A stretch of 64,000 bases of DNA from Malacoraja senta (Eukaryota): contig JAXLNO010002694.1 in the NCBI GenBank assembly GCA_038087875.1, positions 186,001 to 250,000 of the forward strand. The letters are read 5' to 3'. This document shows, piece after piece, positions 23,400 through 36,173 of the stretch. The notes under the pieces were generated by a model that was not told the DNA's origin, did no database searches, and was given only the letters and a program-made list of their open reading frames with translations. Every line of letters starts with the position of its first letter. Position 1 is the stretch's first letter. Made by a program: the position numbers and the translations under genes.

Positions 23400-24480
23400 A
23401 TGATGATTTAAAAAAATATTTCAATTATTAACAGTAATAATATTTACAAAATAAATACCCACCACCAAATGCAAAAAATGCCAAATATTCTTTAAACTAA
23501 ATATTAAATAACTGTATTGCAATCCTGGTCCAGGATGTATTCATTCCCCCGCGGTGCCCAGCGGTCCCGGAATTCCCCCACGGTGCCCGTGGACACCGCG
23601 TGTTCCTTTTCGAGGGACAACCTCAGGCTCAGACGTAAAGAAGCCGGCAGTCGGCTTGGACGGAGCCCTCTTCTCCTGGCGCCGTGACCCATGAATGGTC
23701 AGCTTGGCCAGGCCCAGGAGCAAACCAACTGGGACATCCTCTGCTCTATCCACTCCCCTACACACTGGATGGCCAAAGTGAGGATGGTGCGACTGAAGTA
23801 CAGCCAGAGGGAAGGAGCAGCCGCTTCAAATACTCAAACTGGGGCTGCAATCTCACACACTCCGTGTACATGGAACACAGACTCTTCCAGCCCGCTGAAG
23901 TGGCAGGCGGCTGGTGAATCTGTGAACCGGCTCAGGAATTGGTTACATGTGACTCCTCAGTGTAGTACCCTCTATATCAGGTCCCCGATATAAAGGGAAG
24001 AATCCTTCGATAGACAGGCCCCCACTGGGGGTCCCTCTCGCAACTGGATGGTAAAACGGATTGGGGCAGTGGACCAGTGTGTAGGAGTCTGTACAGGGGG
24101 CGCCTCCCTGTGTCTCGGAAGGGTATGAAAGTTGCTGAGGAAATACGGCTCAGATTGTGTGGGACTGACTCCCGAGGTCTGGGTCCAACAAGTACTTCCG
24201 GCTGATCAGGCGTTTAGCTGAGTCTGAAATACACCATCTGATGGCCGCCAGTGGAGTTCTGATGAGTTAGCGCCTGACTGATGGCCTGAGATACACAATT
24301 AACAAACACACGGGATGTTGATCACCCTTTTTATCCTGGCACGGTGCTCCATGCAGCTACTTTGGATCCAGAACTGGACTCCCTGGATACCCTCAGCACC
24401 AGGCTCTTTCTCAGACACACCAAGTATTAGCGTCTGTCCCTGGACTTCTCCACAACATCAGGCTCTGTCCCTGATGCCCA
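23400..24480 (-). mobile_element. Tx1/L1-like LINE 3' fragment
   Basis: LLLGLAKLTIHGSRR and EKEHAVSTGTVGEFRDRWAPR motifs with an A/T-rich tail. Confidence 0.7.
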
Positions 24481-25720
24481 GGATATTTATGCGATAGCAA
24501 CTTTCTTTATTACTGTGACATTAATTCCTCTATCTACTTTACTGCAGCATAAACCTTGGCTGGTCAGGAGCCAAAGAACTGCGCAGATGGCCTAAAGGGT
24601 ATCTGTTAGTTGCTCCACACTTGGAAATGTACCGTGTGGCTTTTAGGTGAAGTCTCTTAGGGTCAGCTGGATATTTGCAGAGAGGCAACCCAGCGAATCC
24701 AGATAATCTCTCAAGGGCTATTGCCAGTGAGTGAAATATGCATATCAATTTATTACTTAATACATAATCCAGTAACGATCATCTTTGTTGAAACGGTTAT
24801 TTTGTTTAACAATAAATAAGAACAAAATCCACTAATAACAAGTTTATAGCATAAGTTTAGTTTAATTGACAAGTATACTTGATTTTCTGCACTGTTCCAA
24901 CGTGTTATAGTGAAAAGAAGGATCTTATGAAACACATCAATATGCATTTGGCAGGATCTTTGACAAAATCAAAGGTATCAATCAAAACAGCCATTGAAAA
25001 TTTAAAACCCTAATTCAGAGTTTGTGCACTTCTAATGTTACAATGTGGGCTAAAAGTTTTGCCTGAAGCCATTAAGAGCAATTTATTGTCTTCTCAGACT
25101 GAGAATATGGGTGGGGACATCTAGATGTGCCCATTGTAAGCATTACCATCTCTAATGTAAAAGAATCAAGGGCAAGAATCACTGGTTTCTGAAATTGCAA
25201 TGCATGAGAAACTTCAACATAAGTTTCTGTTTAAAGCATTTAAAAAGGGAAAATTGGTCTGGTCTTTCAGGGGATAATTATATTTTCCTTAAAAGGAAAT
25301 AGTGGAAAGCCATATTGATGTTTCGTGCTCATTATAAGGAAGTAAGTTTTGAGGAAGTGAAATTGAACAGTGACAAGTCCTCTCAGCCCATTAATATTGC
25401 TTGCTGGATTCTTGTTCAGTTTCAAAGAATGAAACAGGCATAATATGTTGGCAAAGTCAGCGTGCTACAGTGAAGAGACACCGTGCCAATAAATAGAACC
25501 AGATGAGAGCACCTAATTTTGTATTGGACAATAAAGTTTCTCCAGGGCTCAGGATAAAGAGAAAATGGCAATTAAAAAAATGTGTAAATTGAACTGTATG
25601 AAGAGACAGCGGACATAAGGTAGCAAAAAATACACTATCGAATGGAATTTTAATATTTGTTTTAGCAGTCAGGAAAGTGTAGGTCAGAGTAGTAATTTGA
25701 CTGCCCTCTCTTGGTGATGG

Positions 25721-25836
25721 ATAGGTAGGTAGGTAGGCAGGTAGGTAGGTAGGTAGGTAGGTAGGTAGGTAGGTAGGGAGAGAGAGAGCGAGAGATAGAA
25801 AGGAAGGGAGAGATAGAAAGAGAAAGAAAGAAAGAA
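25721..25836. repeat. (TAGG)n microsatellite followed by a GA-rich tract
   Basis: About 14 TAGG units read directly from the sequence. Confidence 0.95.
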
Positions 25837-27129
25837 AATATTTTGGTGCCATTTCCGTCCCCCCAGCACAAGTCCCTATTGTTCTCGGGGGGCCCCACTC
25901 TGGGTCCCCATCCTCCTTCGTGACCTTGGTGCCGAGGTATTCCGACCTCAATGTTCCATGTCCCTCCTCATTCTTGGTCAATGCCGGTGGCTTGGGCCCG
26001 GGTTCGGAGTCCGTGGTGCACGGGCCTACCAGTCCCACCTGTAGGTCTTCCGTCGATGGCCTTCGGCAAGCGATTCTCCGTCCGCGGCAGATGGCCGTCT
26101 GTCGGCAGACCAGGGCGAGCGATCTGTGAGGGGCAGACCCCCGTGACCACTCCACCTCGGCTGCCCTGAAGGCCGCAGCGTCCTGTGGGGAGTGTGGTCG
26201 TGGTCTTGTTATTAAGAGACTAGCATGAGGCAGACCAACCCCTTTCCAGGATCAAGATGGGAAAGATTAAATAGTAAAAGTCTTCAAGCACTCCACGATT
26301 TGCTGACAAAGTTAGTTGAAAACCCAATCGGGGCCTGCATTGGATGTTGCACATGGTATTATATCAGGGTACCAGTGTATACATGTGTGCAAAAGTAACG
26401 CTACCAGAATGCAGAAATCCAAGTCAAATTTGCACTGAAGAGCAGATTCTCTGACACATTTCATGAGTTGGCAAGTCACCAGATGGACACAAAATGATGG
26501 AGTAACTCAGTGGGACAGGCAGCCACAAGCAACTGACATATTCTCCACAGTGGAGCAATCAAAATAATGAATCATGCGGAAAGTGTTACAACAAGCTGTT
26601 AATTTACAGGGCTTGAAGTTGAGCTCTGGTGGTCTGGAGCATTTGAGAGCTGGAGTAACTTTGTCCACAATTACTTAATAATATAGTACACTATAACTTT
26701 TTGTACAATATGATCTCCTCTGTATGATATATATGTAACCAAATGCAACCCAGATTACTTTTGTGTGTTTGGGTAAATATATTAATTGACTGTGAACTTC
26801 AAAAATGATCTAAAATAAAATCAGGAAGATGCATGTCAGTTTCACTCAAAATAAATGTTTTAATATTTAAGAAATGCAAAGCAAACCTAGCCGTTTCTTT
26901 ATCATCTTGTAGGGGCAGATGAACTTGGGATTAAGGGAAATCTTAAACTTATCCCCGTGTGTGGACAACAGCTCAGATTAAAAATGAAAGAGCAAAGAAT
27001 TGATATATCCAGGTCAAGGTTCATATCCTTACTATAAGAGATGGATTCCCAAACTTTCACATGGCACAATTGGAGTTAAATGTTAATCCTGTACATTAAC
27101 TGAACAAACAAATTTTGCTGAATCTTGTA

Positions 27130-27590
27130 ATCATAAGTGATAGGAGTACAATTAGGCCTTTTCGGCCCATTAAGTCTACTCCGCCATTCAATCATGGCTG
27201 ATCTATCTCTCCCTCCTAACCCCATTCTCCTGCCTTCTCCCCATAACCTCTGACACCCGTACTAATCAAGAATCTATCTATCTCTGCCTTTAAAAAAAAT
27301 CCACTGAATTGGCCTCCACAGCCTTCTGTGGCAAAGAATTCCACAGATTCACCACCCTCTGACAAAATAAATTTCTCCTCATCTTCCTAAAAGAACGTCC
27401 TTTAATTCTGAGGCTATGGCCTCTAGTCTTAGACTCTCCCACTAGCGGAAACAAAATCTCTACATCCACTCTATTCAAGCCTTTATTCAGTATGTTTCAA
27501 TGAGGCCCCCCCCCCCCCATTCTTCCAAACTCCAGTAAGTACAGGCCCAGTGTCGATAAACGCTCATCATAGGTTAACCTACTCATTCCT
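27130..27590 (-). mobile_element. CR1 3' fragment
   Basis: [33 protein letters not shown] and 3' UTR. Confidence 0.85.
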
Positions 27591-27695
27591 GATAATCTAA
27601 AATCATGCCTACAGCTAGGCATGCAAGAATGCAACCCACTTAATGCACTCTCTGCTCACATAAGTAATAAGTATAGAACCTATTCCCCTTTTAAG

Positions 27696-27805
27696 GATAG
27701 ACACAAAAAGTTGGAGTAACTCAGCGGGTCAGGCAGCATCTCCTATTCCTTTTCTCTAGAGATGCTGCTAGACCCGCTGAGTTACTCCAGCTTTTTGTGC
27801 CTATC
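27696..27805. repeat. Foldback (inverted) pLTR-derived repeat with about 47-bp arms
   Basis: 27696-27742 is reverse-complementary to 27759-27805. Confidence 0.8.
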
Positions 27806-28005
27806 TTCAGTTTAAACCAACAACTACAGTTCCTTCCTACACGACCCCTTTTAACGAATTGTGTTCTTGACATGCACAGACAAGCTGGCCTCTCCACACC
27901 TTGCAAATAGAGGCTGTGCAATTCTATGAGAACGCTCCCAAGGTCAGTTGAAAGCCCCTAGGCAAACGCAGTCTAGAACATGAAAGTGCTTACTCCAGCT
28001 CTACA

Positions 28006-29284
28006 TAGCAATGTTACAAAATTTTGAGATTTTAAAAATAAAGTCTGCAATTTATCCCATCAGATAAAGCATAAAAAGAAGTTTAATTTGACACCTATTT
28101 CACTTTCATATCTTCAGTATTAAAGAAGTTATGGCCATTTTCATACTCGGAAATTAGCATCTTGTTCCCTATTGCTTTTCCATTGACTTAACACAAAAGC
28201 TGTGATCGAGGACAGTCAAAAGCCCATAACTTTCTTAAAAATTAAGATAACTGAAATAAATTTTCAGTTATTATAGATTGAAGCATTCTGAAACAAATAT
28301 GAAACAATCTTACTTAGAAGACATGAAAGTAAAGCATATAATTAGTTAGTTACCTAATTGTAGCTAATTACATAATTCAATTACTAGATCTAAACATCTA
28401 TCAATTTCTTAAGAATAGATTAACATTTTTAAATAGCCTAAGTGTCCAAATAACATTCACACAATAATTCACAATATAACATAATTTTTAAATCTCATTT
28501 TCATGAATTTACAGGCCAAATGGCAGGAATTGAATGTTTAATACCTGTAAATTAATGGGGATTTAAATCATCTTGCGAGTGAAGATTTCTGGAACGTGAT
28601 CTTTTGGAACGTTCATTTGCGGTGAATTTAACCCCGTATCGGCATGAAAAATACTGCCGTTAATTCGGGGAATAAAATCTCCGTGTCGCATGAAAAAATG
28701 AATTAAAGGCTTCTTAAGGCGGCATCTTCGGCCTGGATCGATCACCTCAGCGCAGAGGGAGAACAAGGAGGGAAGAGACGGAGACTAAGACTTTGCCTCC
28801 ATCACAGTGAGGGTGTGCTTGGTGAATTCACTGTGGTGGATGTTTAATTTGTGTTTATTGTATGTTTTGTTATTATTGGTTCTGTGTATGACTGCAGGCA
28901 TCACAATTTCGCTCAGACCGAAAGGTCTGAATGACAATAAAGGAAACTTGACTTGAAGAAGCACTTTTATACATTTAAAGAAACCACTTTCGTTTACCTG
29001 TCCCGTGTGTGAAATCCGTCCCCGTTATCGGCGTTGACGCTTCAGGAGCTGCTTTTAAAATTACTCTAGCGCTGACATTGACGATTTAATAAAAATAAAA
29101 AATACACAAATCGCCACTAGGAACGATTTGTCAGCCAACGCTTGTACTCCAACAAAATATTAACCAGGACAAGGGAGGAGAAACCCGCGTTTTAACCCCG
29201 CCCCCCCTTAAAGGCGCCAAAATCGCGCACACGGCCAGTGGCAGAATTACAGCGCAACTGAAGGTAAGTTTTGTAACATACCTA
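28006..29284. mobile_element. Putative non-autonomous DNA transposon with 16-bp imperfect TIRs; contains a LINE-tail insert at about 28760-28957
   Basis: TAGCAATGTTACAAAA and TTTTGTAACATACCTA termini (14/16 match). Direct repeat CTCTACA(TA) on both flanks. Confidence 0.6.
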
Positions 29285-30150
29285 CTCTACATATCATGAT
29301 CTTGTCACATCATAAACCACTGTTTGACGCATTATATAAATGTAATATTGGTATTATTCAACATTATTCCCAAAGAAACACCAGTGCCTGCAGAGGATAG
29401 ACACAAAATGCTGGAGTAACTTCGCGGGTCAGGCAGCATCTCTGGTGAGAAGGAATGGGTGACGTTTCGGGTCGAGACCCTTCTTCATCTCTGTTTGCTT
29501 TGTTGTTACCTTGTCCTAACTAACAATGATCTATTCTACATTATCCTTGATCTTCATTCCCTTTGTCCTGTTTCCACACCTTACACTTCATTATCTATAC
29601 ACTCCTTATCTATGTACCTCCCTCTCCCGTGATATAAAAACTTAAAAAAAATAAAAGAAACCCTGGATTACGGGCAGAGGAATTGTTGCCAAAATGGCAA
29701 TCTTTGTTTTCAACTTTATTGAGGAGTCCACTAAACTAGTTCAATAGCTTTCCAGGAGAATAAGTGTACACCACTGTATTAATTTTTAGTTTAGAGGTAC
29801 AGCACCGAAAAAGGCCCTTCGGCCCACTTAGTCTGTGCCAATTGCCGATCACCCATTCATACTAAATCTATGTGTTATCCCACTTTCTCATCCACCCCCT
29901 ACACACGAGGAGGAACTTACTGCGGCCAATTGGCCAATTAACCTACAAACCGGCATATCCTTGAGATGCAGGCACCCACCGCTCTGTAAAAAGCTTGCCC
30001 CACTCATCTATAAAATGTGCCCATTTCACCTTAAAGCTGTGCCCACTAGTCTTCGACATTTCCACCTAAAGAAAAGGGTTCTGACTATCAATCCTATCTA
30101 TTCATCTTACTAATATACTCTGCAAGCTCTCTAATGCTACCTTACTGCTT

Positions 30151-30450
30151 TAGTTTAATTTAGTTTAGAGATACAGTGTGGAAACAGGCCCTTTGGCCCA
30201 CCCAAATCCTCGCCAACCAGTGATCCCCGTGCACTAGATTTATCCTACACACTAGGGACAATTTACAAAAGCCAATGAATCTGCAAACCTGTATGTCTTT
30301 TGAATGTGAAAGGAGACCGGAGCACCCGGAGAAAACCAACATAGTCACAATGAGAACATACAAACTCCATATAGACAAGCACTCGTAGGCAGGATTGAAC
30401 CCGGGTTTCTAATGCTGTAAGGCAGCACCTCTACTGCCACGCCACTGTAT
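30151..30450 (-). mobile_element. HE1-type tRNA-derived SINE
   Basis: tRNA-like head with GGTTCAATCC B-box and (CTAAA)n tail. Same family as 56411-56709. Confidence 0.75.
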
Positions 30451-30599
30451 TGCCCACTTCGCATGGTTCTTGACAATGACGTGCTACATACATCAATTAA
30501 TTTGCAGATCCAGACTGCAAAATCGCCTGTATGCAGGTGTGGCATATGTCACATTCTGTGCCAACGTTGTTCTCATTAAAGATGGACTAAATGACTAAC

Positions 30600-31035
30600 A
30601 CTTTCATTCTCCTTCCCATTCCCACACAGTCCTTTCTGTTCTAGGTCTCCTCCAGTTTCAGATTGAGGCTAAACGCAAATTGGAGGAACAGCATCTCGTA
30701 TTTCGCTTGGGCTGCTTACAGCCAGTGGTATGAATTTTGATTTCTCTAACATCAATTAACCCTGGCATTCCCTCTCACTATCCCTCCCCCACCAAAGTCG
30801 CACTAGCTTCTTGTTTTCACCCAACAAACAGCCAACAATGGCCTGTTTCCTTTATCATCGTTACTTTTGTGCATATGTTTAATTCATTGTTCTTTATCTC
30901 TCAACATTATCGTTTATATCATTCGTTTCCCTTAACCCTAACCAATCTGAAGAAGGTCTCGACCCGAAACGTCACCCATTCCTTCTCTCCAGAGATGCTG
31001 CCTGCCCCACTGAGTTACTCCAGCTTTTTGTGTCT
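30600..31035 (+). mobile_element. Penelope 3' end (GIY-YIG C-terminus) plus pLTR with hammerhead-like core
   Basis: RKLEEQHLVFRLG motif. CTGAAGA at 30947 followed by GAAACGTC. Confidence 0.75.
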
Positions 31036-31090
31036 ACATGTAAATTACTTGTTGCTTTGGAAACTGCTCAACCTGTAATCGCAGAATGTA

Positions 31091-31105
31091 GCCACTAGGG
31101 GGATC
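31091..31105 (+). promoter_or_regulatory. Candidate CTCF-binding motif
   Basis: GCCACTAGGGGGATC resembles the CCACYAGRKGGC core and lies in non-repetitive sequence. Motif match only. Confidence 0.3.
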
Positions 31106-31479
31106 TGCAATCTTCCATATTAACACTTGGCCAAACTTTCGAAAATCTGCCAGGGAATGGGCCTGGAAATGATTTATTCCCAAAGCTGGGGAAGTCATGC
31201 ACACTTCCAGCCCTCAGTCTGGTAATTCAGACTACTAATTCCAGGGCAAGTTCTCCAGCGATATGTACAACAGACCATTTACATGAATGGGAGAAATGAA
31301 CTGTCTGCAGAAAGGTAAGAATAACTTTCCTTATAGTTTAATTGAATATACGTTTCAAATTGTTTTTGTGTGCGCATTCAGCCTTTCTAATTACAGTAAA
31401 ACTCCAATAATTCTGAAACCTTAGAACTTTATTGGTGCTCGCCTAGTGGATTTTTCAGAGAATTCCCTATTATCGCAGG

Positions 31480-31920
31480 GATGAGAGGGTTAACATATGA
31501 TGAGCATTAGACGGCACTGGGCCTGGACTCGCTGGAATGTAGAAATATGAGGGGGTGGGGGACCTTATTGAAATTTACAGAATAGAGTGGATGTGGAGAG
31601 GATGTTTCCACTACTGGGAGAGTTGAGGACCAGAGGCCATAGCCTCAGAATAAAAGGACTTACCTTTAGGAAGGAGATGAGGAGGAATTTCTTTAGTCGG
31701 AGGCTGGTGAATCTGTGGAATTCATCGCCACAGAAGGCTGTGGAGGCCGTCAATTGATATTTTTATGGCAGACATTGATAGATGATTAGTACGGGTGTGA
31801 GAGGTTATGGAGCGAAGGGCAGGAGAATGGTGTTGTGAGGGGAAGAAAGATCAGCCATGATTGAATGGTGGAGTAGGCTTAATGGGCCGAATGGCCTAAT
31901 TCTGCTCCTCTAACATGAAC
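31480..31920 (+). mobile_element. CR1 3' fragment
   Basis: [11 protein letters not shown]...VNLWNSSPQKAV and 3' UTR. Confidence 0.8.
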
Positions 31921-32539
31921 TTAAGAACACCAAATGCAGTTTTTAAAAATATGTTTGTGATATGTTTATGTCTGGGATCCTGGCTCCTGTCCTAAACCAA
32001 AATCAGTGATGACACAAGAAACTGCAGCTGCTGGAATCTAGAGCAAAACACAAAATGCTGGAGAAAGCCTACAGGTTAGGCAGCATCTGGGGAGCAAATT
32101 GACAGATGACGTTTCGAGTCAAGGCCCTTCTTCAGATGGATAGGAGAGAAAGCTAGAAAAGAGATGTGGGGAAAGGAAAACGTCAGGCAAGTGATTCGTG
32201 GATGTAATAGGAGCAGAATTAGGCCATTCTGCCCATCAAGTCTATTCCACTATTCAATCATGGCTGATCTATCTCTCCCTCTGAACCACATTCTCCTACT
32301 TTCTCCCAATAACCCCTGACACCTGTACAGGTCTTTTTATCGAGTCCCCATCACATGATTAGATATTGTTCAGCCAGAGCTGAACAAACTTCACGGCATC
32401 TTCATTATAGGCTTCGAGATCAGCAGCTATATAATTGTTTTTCCAGTTGTGGGCATTTCAGCAGGTGTTCCATTGTTTGTGATTCAATACCACATTCGCA
32501 GTTGACATCGTTGGAGTTGTACCTGTACAGGTGAGGTGG

Positions 32540-33105
32540 GTAGAGTGGGTGGAGTTAGTAACAAAGACCAGAGGTGAAAAGAGGACAAAAGAATAAGGAG
32601 AAAAGAAGAGGAGTGCAACGCAAAGCCGAAGGGAAGGGTGTGGATGGATGGGGGCAGGGGAAAGGAGAAAGAGAGAGGATAAAGTGGAAATAGGGGACGT
32701 GGATGGGAGATGAACGTATAAAGGAATGGAAAGGAGCGGCGTTATGGGGATGGGAGGTGGTGGGAGAAATGGCTGTGCAAAGGGGGGGGAGCACAGGAAA
32801 GAGAAGGGTTTGGGGAAGCATTACTTGAAATTGGAGAGTTCAGTGTTCATATCATTTGTTTGTTAACTACCCAAGCGGAATACGAGGTGCTGTTCCTCTG
32901 ATTTGCGTGTGGCCTCCCTCTGGCAATGGAGGAGGCCCAAGACACAAAGTTCGGTCTGGTTATGGGATGGGGAGTTAAAATGGCTGGCAACCGGGTGATC
33001 CAGCAGGCCTTGGCAGACAGACACAAGTGTTCGGCAAAACAGTTACTTAGCCTTCTTTGGTATAACTGATGTAAAGGAGGATATGTGGCCCTCACCCATT
33101 GCTCC
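32540..33105 (-). mobile_element. Penelope 3' end (GIY-YIG endonuclease C-terminus)
   Basis: HPVASHFNSPSH..LCVLGLLHCQREATRKSEEQHLVFRLG. Confidence 0.75.
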
Positions 33106-35846
33106 CATTGCACTCCTACCATCGGGAAGAAGGTATTAGAGTTTGAAAACCGTGACCTCAAGGTTCAAGAATAACTTCATCCCAACAAACATCAACCACT
33201 TGAGATCTACAAACACCAAATAAACGATGAACTACAAAGTGTCTCAGGTGCACTAAGGACTTCAGGATCTTCGCAATAATATTGGGGGGTTTTCAATGTT
33301 TTGAATCATTTTTGTTTATTATGTTATCTTTGATTACTGTTTACTGGCCTGTTACGCTGCTGCAAGTAAGGATTTAATTGTTCCATGTTATGTACATATG
33401 ACTATTAAACACTTATGTCTCTTGATTCTTGAGAGTCAGGACCCCTCCACCTACATTCTCGACCCCCAGCTCATATCTAGCCAGATACCAGATCTGCATT
33501 CTGAATAATTGGGTGTCACGTTATTGGGGTTTTATCATATTTAACTTTTTAATCAGTGCCAAATGATTTCCAATGTACACAAGTTTGATAAAAGACATGT
33601 GTAGGAAGGAACTGCAGACGCTGGTTTACACCGAAGGTAGACATAAAATGCTGAAGTAACTCATTGGGTCAGGCAGCATTCTGGAGAAAAGGAATAATAG
33701 ATGACATTTTCGGTTTAGACCCTTCTTTGGACGAGAGTCAGGGTAGATGCAAACTAGTCCTCTATTCTCCCTCTCCCCTGGCTCAGTCTGAAGAAGGGTA
33801 TGGACCCAAAATGTCACCTATTCCTTTTCTCCAGAGATGCCACCTGACCCGTTGAGTTTAGTTTAGAGATACAGCGTGGAAACAGGCCCTTACAAAACAT
33901 ACAAACTCTGTACAGACAGCACCTGTAGTCAGGATCAATCCTGGGTCTCCGGCGCTGCAATCGCTGTAAAGCAGCAACTTTACCGCTGCGCCAACCAAAA
34001 TTTACGCCAGCATTTTGTGTCTATTTTCCATGAAAAAGTATGTAAAACGATGAGAAACTCAAGCCGTCAAGCAGGGCGGGGTCTGTCTTCCTGCTGCCAG
34101 TTGGGAGTCAGCCTCCTTCGCAATCTGCTGCTGCAGGAATCACCAGGATCCCGTGCAAATGGACAGCACTCTCAACGCACAGTAGATCTCGACGATAGCT
34201 GTTACATAGCACACCGTGGAACATGTGAAAGCCCCTTCAGAGACACCGGGGAGCAACATTTGAAAGCTTTGTCAAACTTGGCGGGGTGTAATAAATGGTT
34301 GGGTGTTGGTGGGGTAATGGTGAAGGGTTTTATTGAAGATTGAGATCAGATTAAGGGGGTGGGGGGTAGCTGCTAGTAGCTTGTAGCAGTTGTAGAAGTG
34401 ATAAGCCTATGGGATCTGGGGGCTGAGAGTACAACTCCATCAACACTGAAGAAGCTTGATAGCATCCAAGGAATGACATATGTTGGAAGCATGGTGGCGC
34501 AGCAGTAGAGTTGCCGCCTTACAGCGCTCAACGGTTACTCCTGTGGGTTGTTCTAAAGCGGAGGTTGATAGGTTCTTGATTAGTAAAAGCATCAAAGGTT
34601 ACGGGGAGAAGGTTGTGGGGGTAAAATAGATTGGCCATGATCGAATGGTGGAGCAGATTCAATGAACTGAATGGCTAATTCTGCACCTATGTCTTATGGT
34701 CTAAGGAAATGACTGCTCTCTCTCTGTGGACCAGTGATGTTGACAGGGCAACAGCAACGAGTGTCTTCTCTGTCACTGCAAATATAATTGTGTTATATGT
34801 GGACCACCCAACATCATCAAATGGTACATCTGACTCTGGGGTATGACAGCACTTCAGGTTATTGTTTTAGTTTTTGCGACAGTGAAGTCAACTTTGATTC
34901 TATAACTGCAGTTCATCTTCACATCTCCTCCTCTCCATCTCTACGATGCAATTCAGTTCAGCCTTCAGAAGGCCTCGACCCGAAACGTCACCCATTCCTT
35001 TTCTCCGGAGATGCTGCCTGTCCCGCTGAGTTAGTTCAGCATTTTGTGTCTATCTTTGAGCAAATATCTACCGGGTTCCACTCACATTTTAAACAACATG
35101 CTCCACACTGGCAGTCTCCCATTGGGGATTGAGTTCTTCTTGAGTAGAAAGCGTTCTCATTCTGCATTCCCACTTCCAATGAGGCATTTCCAAATGCCCA
35201 GTAAAGCTTTCTCTGCTCTGTCACATCACATTGCCTTGTGGGCACAAATTTGGCAGCAATGGTCTGACACACACCGCACCGGCAATGGAGTACTCCTAAT
35301 GCTGTTGCCAAATTGGGGAGGAGCAGCTCATCTCAAGCAGTCATTGAAAGGGAATTAAGAACCATGGACTTAGATTTAAGGTGAGAGGGGCAAGATTTAA
35401 TAGAAACCTGTGGGAACCTTCCTCCCTCAGAGGGTGGTGGGTATATGGACCAAGCTGCCGGAGTATGGGCACTGGGCAGCACAGTGGCACAATGATAGAG
35501 TTGCTGCCTTGCAGTGCCAGATAAATACCCAAGTTCGATCCTGAATATGGGTGCTGTCTAAAGAGAGTTTTTACATTCTCCCTGTGACCATGTGGATTTT
35601 CTCCGGGTGCTCTGGTTTCCACCCACACACCAAAGACGTACATGTTTGTAGATTAATTGGCTTTTGTAAATTGACCCCAGTGTGTATGTAGTGCTAGTGT
35701 ATGGGGTGATCACTGGTCGGCATGGACTCGATGGGACGAAGATCCTGTTTTCACGCTAACTAAAGTTAAGTAAAAGAGCTGGTTGAGGCAAGTATCATTT
35801 CAGCATTTAAATGACACTGGACAGGTAGTTCAGTGGGAAAGGTTCT

Positions 35847-36173
35847 AATAATAATAATAATGGATGGGATTTATATAGTGCCTTTCTAATACTCAAGGTG
35901 CTTTACATCGCATTATTCATTCACTCCTCAGTCACACTCGGTGGTGGTGAGCTACTTTTGTAGCCACAGCTGCCCTGGGGCAGACTGACGGAAGCGTGGC
36001 TGCTAATCTGCGCCCACGGCCCCTCCGACCACCACCAATCACTCACACACATTCACATGCAGGCAAAGGTGGGTGAAGTGTCTTGCCCAAGGACACAACG
36101 ACAGTATGCACTCCAAGCGGGATTCGAACCGGCTACCTTCCGGTTGCCAGCCGAACACTTAGCCCATTGCGCC
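35847..36173 (-). mobile_element. tRNA-derived SINE (second family, young), L2-type tail
   Basis: Pol III A-box GGCGCAATGG, B-box GGTTCGAATCC, GTGTCCTTGGGCAAGACACTT body and (ATT)n tail. Near-identical to 60571-60923. Confidence 0.85.

Noticed and set aside
25457-26155. 232-aa ORF with PTYL repeats
   Set aside because: The frame runs through the (TAGG)n microsatellite and unrelated sequence.
33876-34343. 155-aa plus-strand ORF
   Set aside because: It begins in SINE/pLTR sequence, has no domain, and shows no exon signals.
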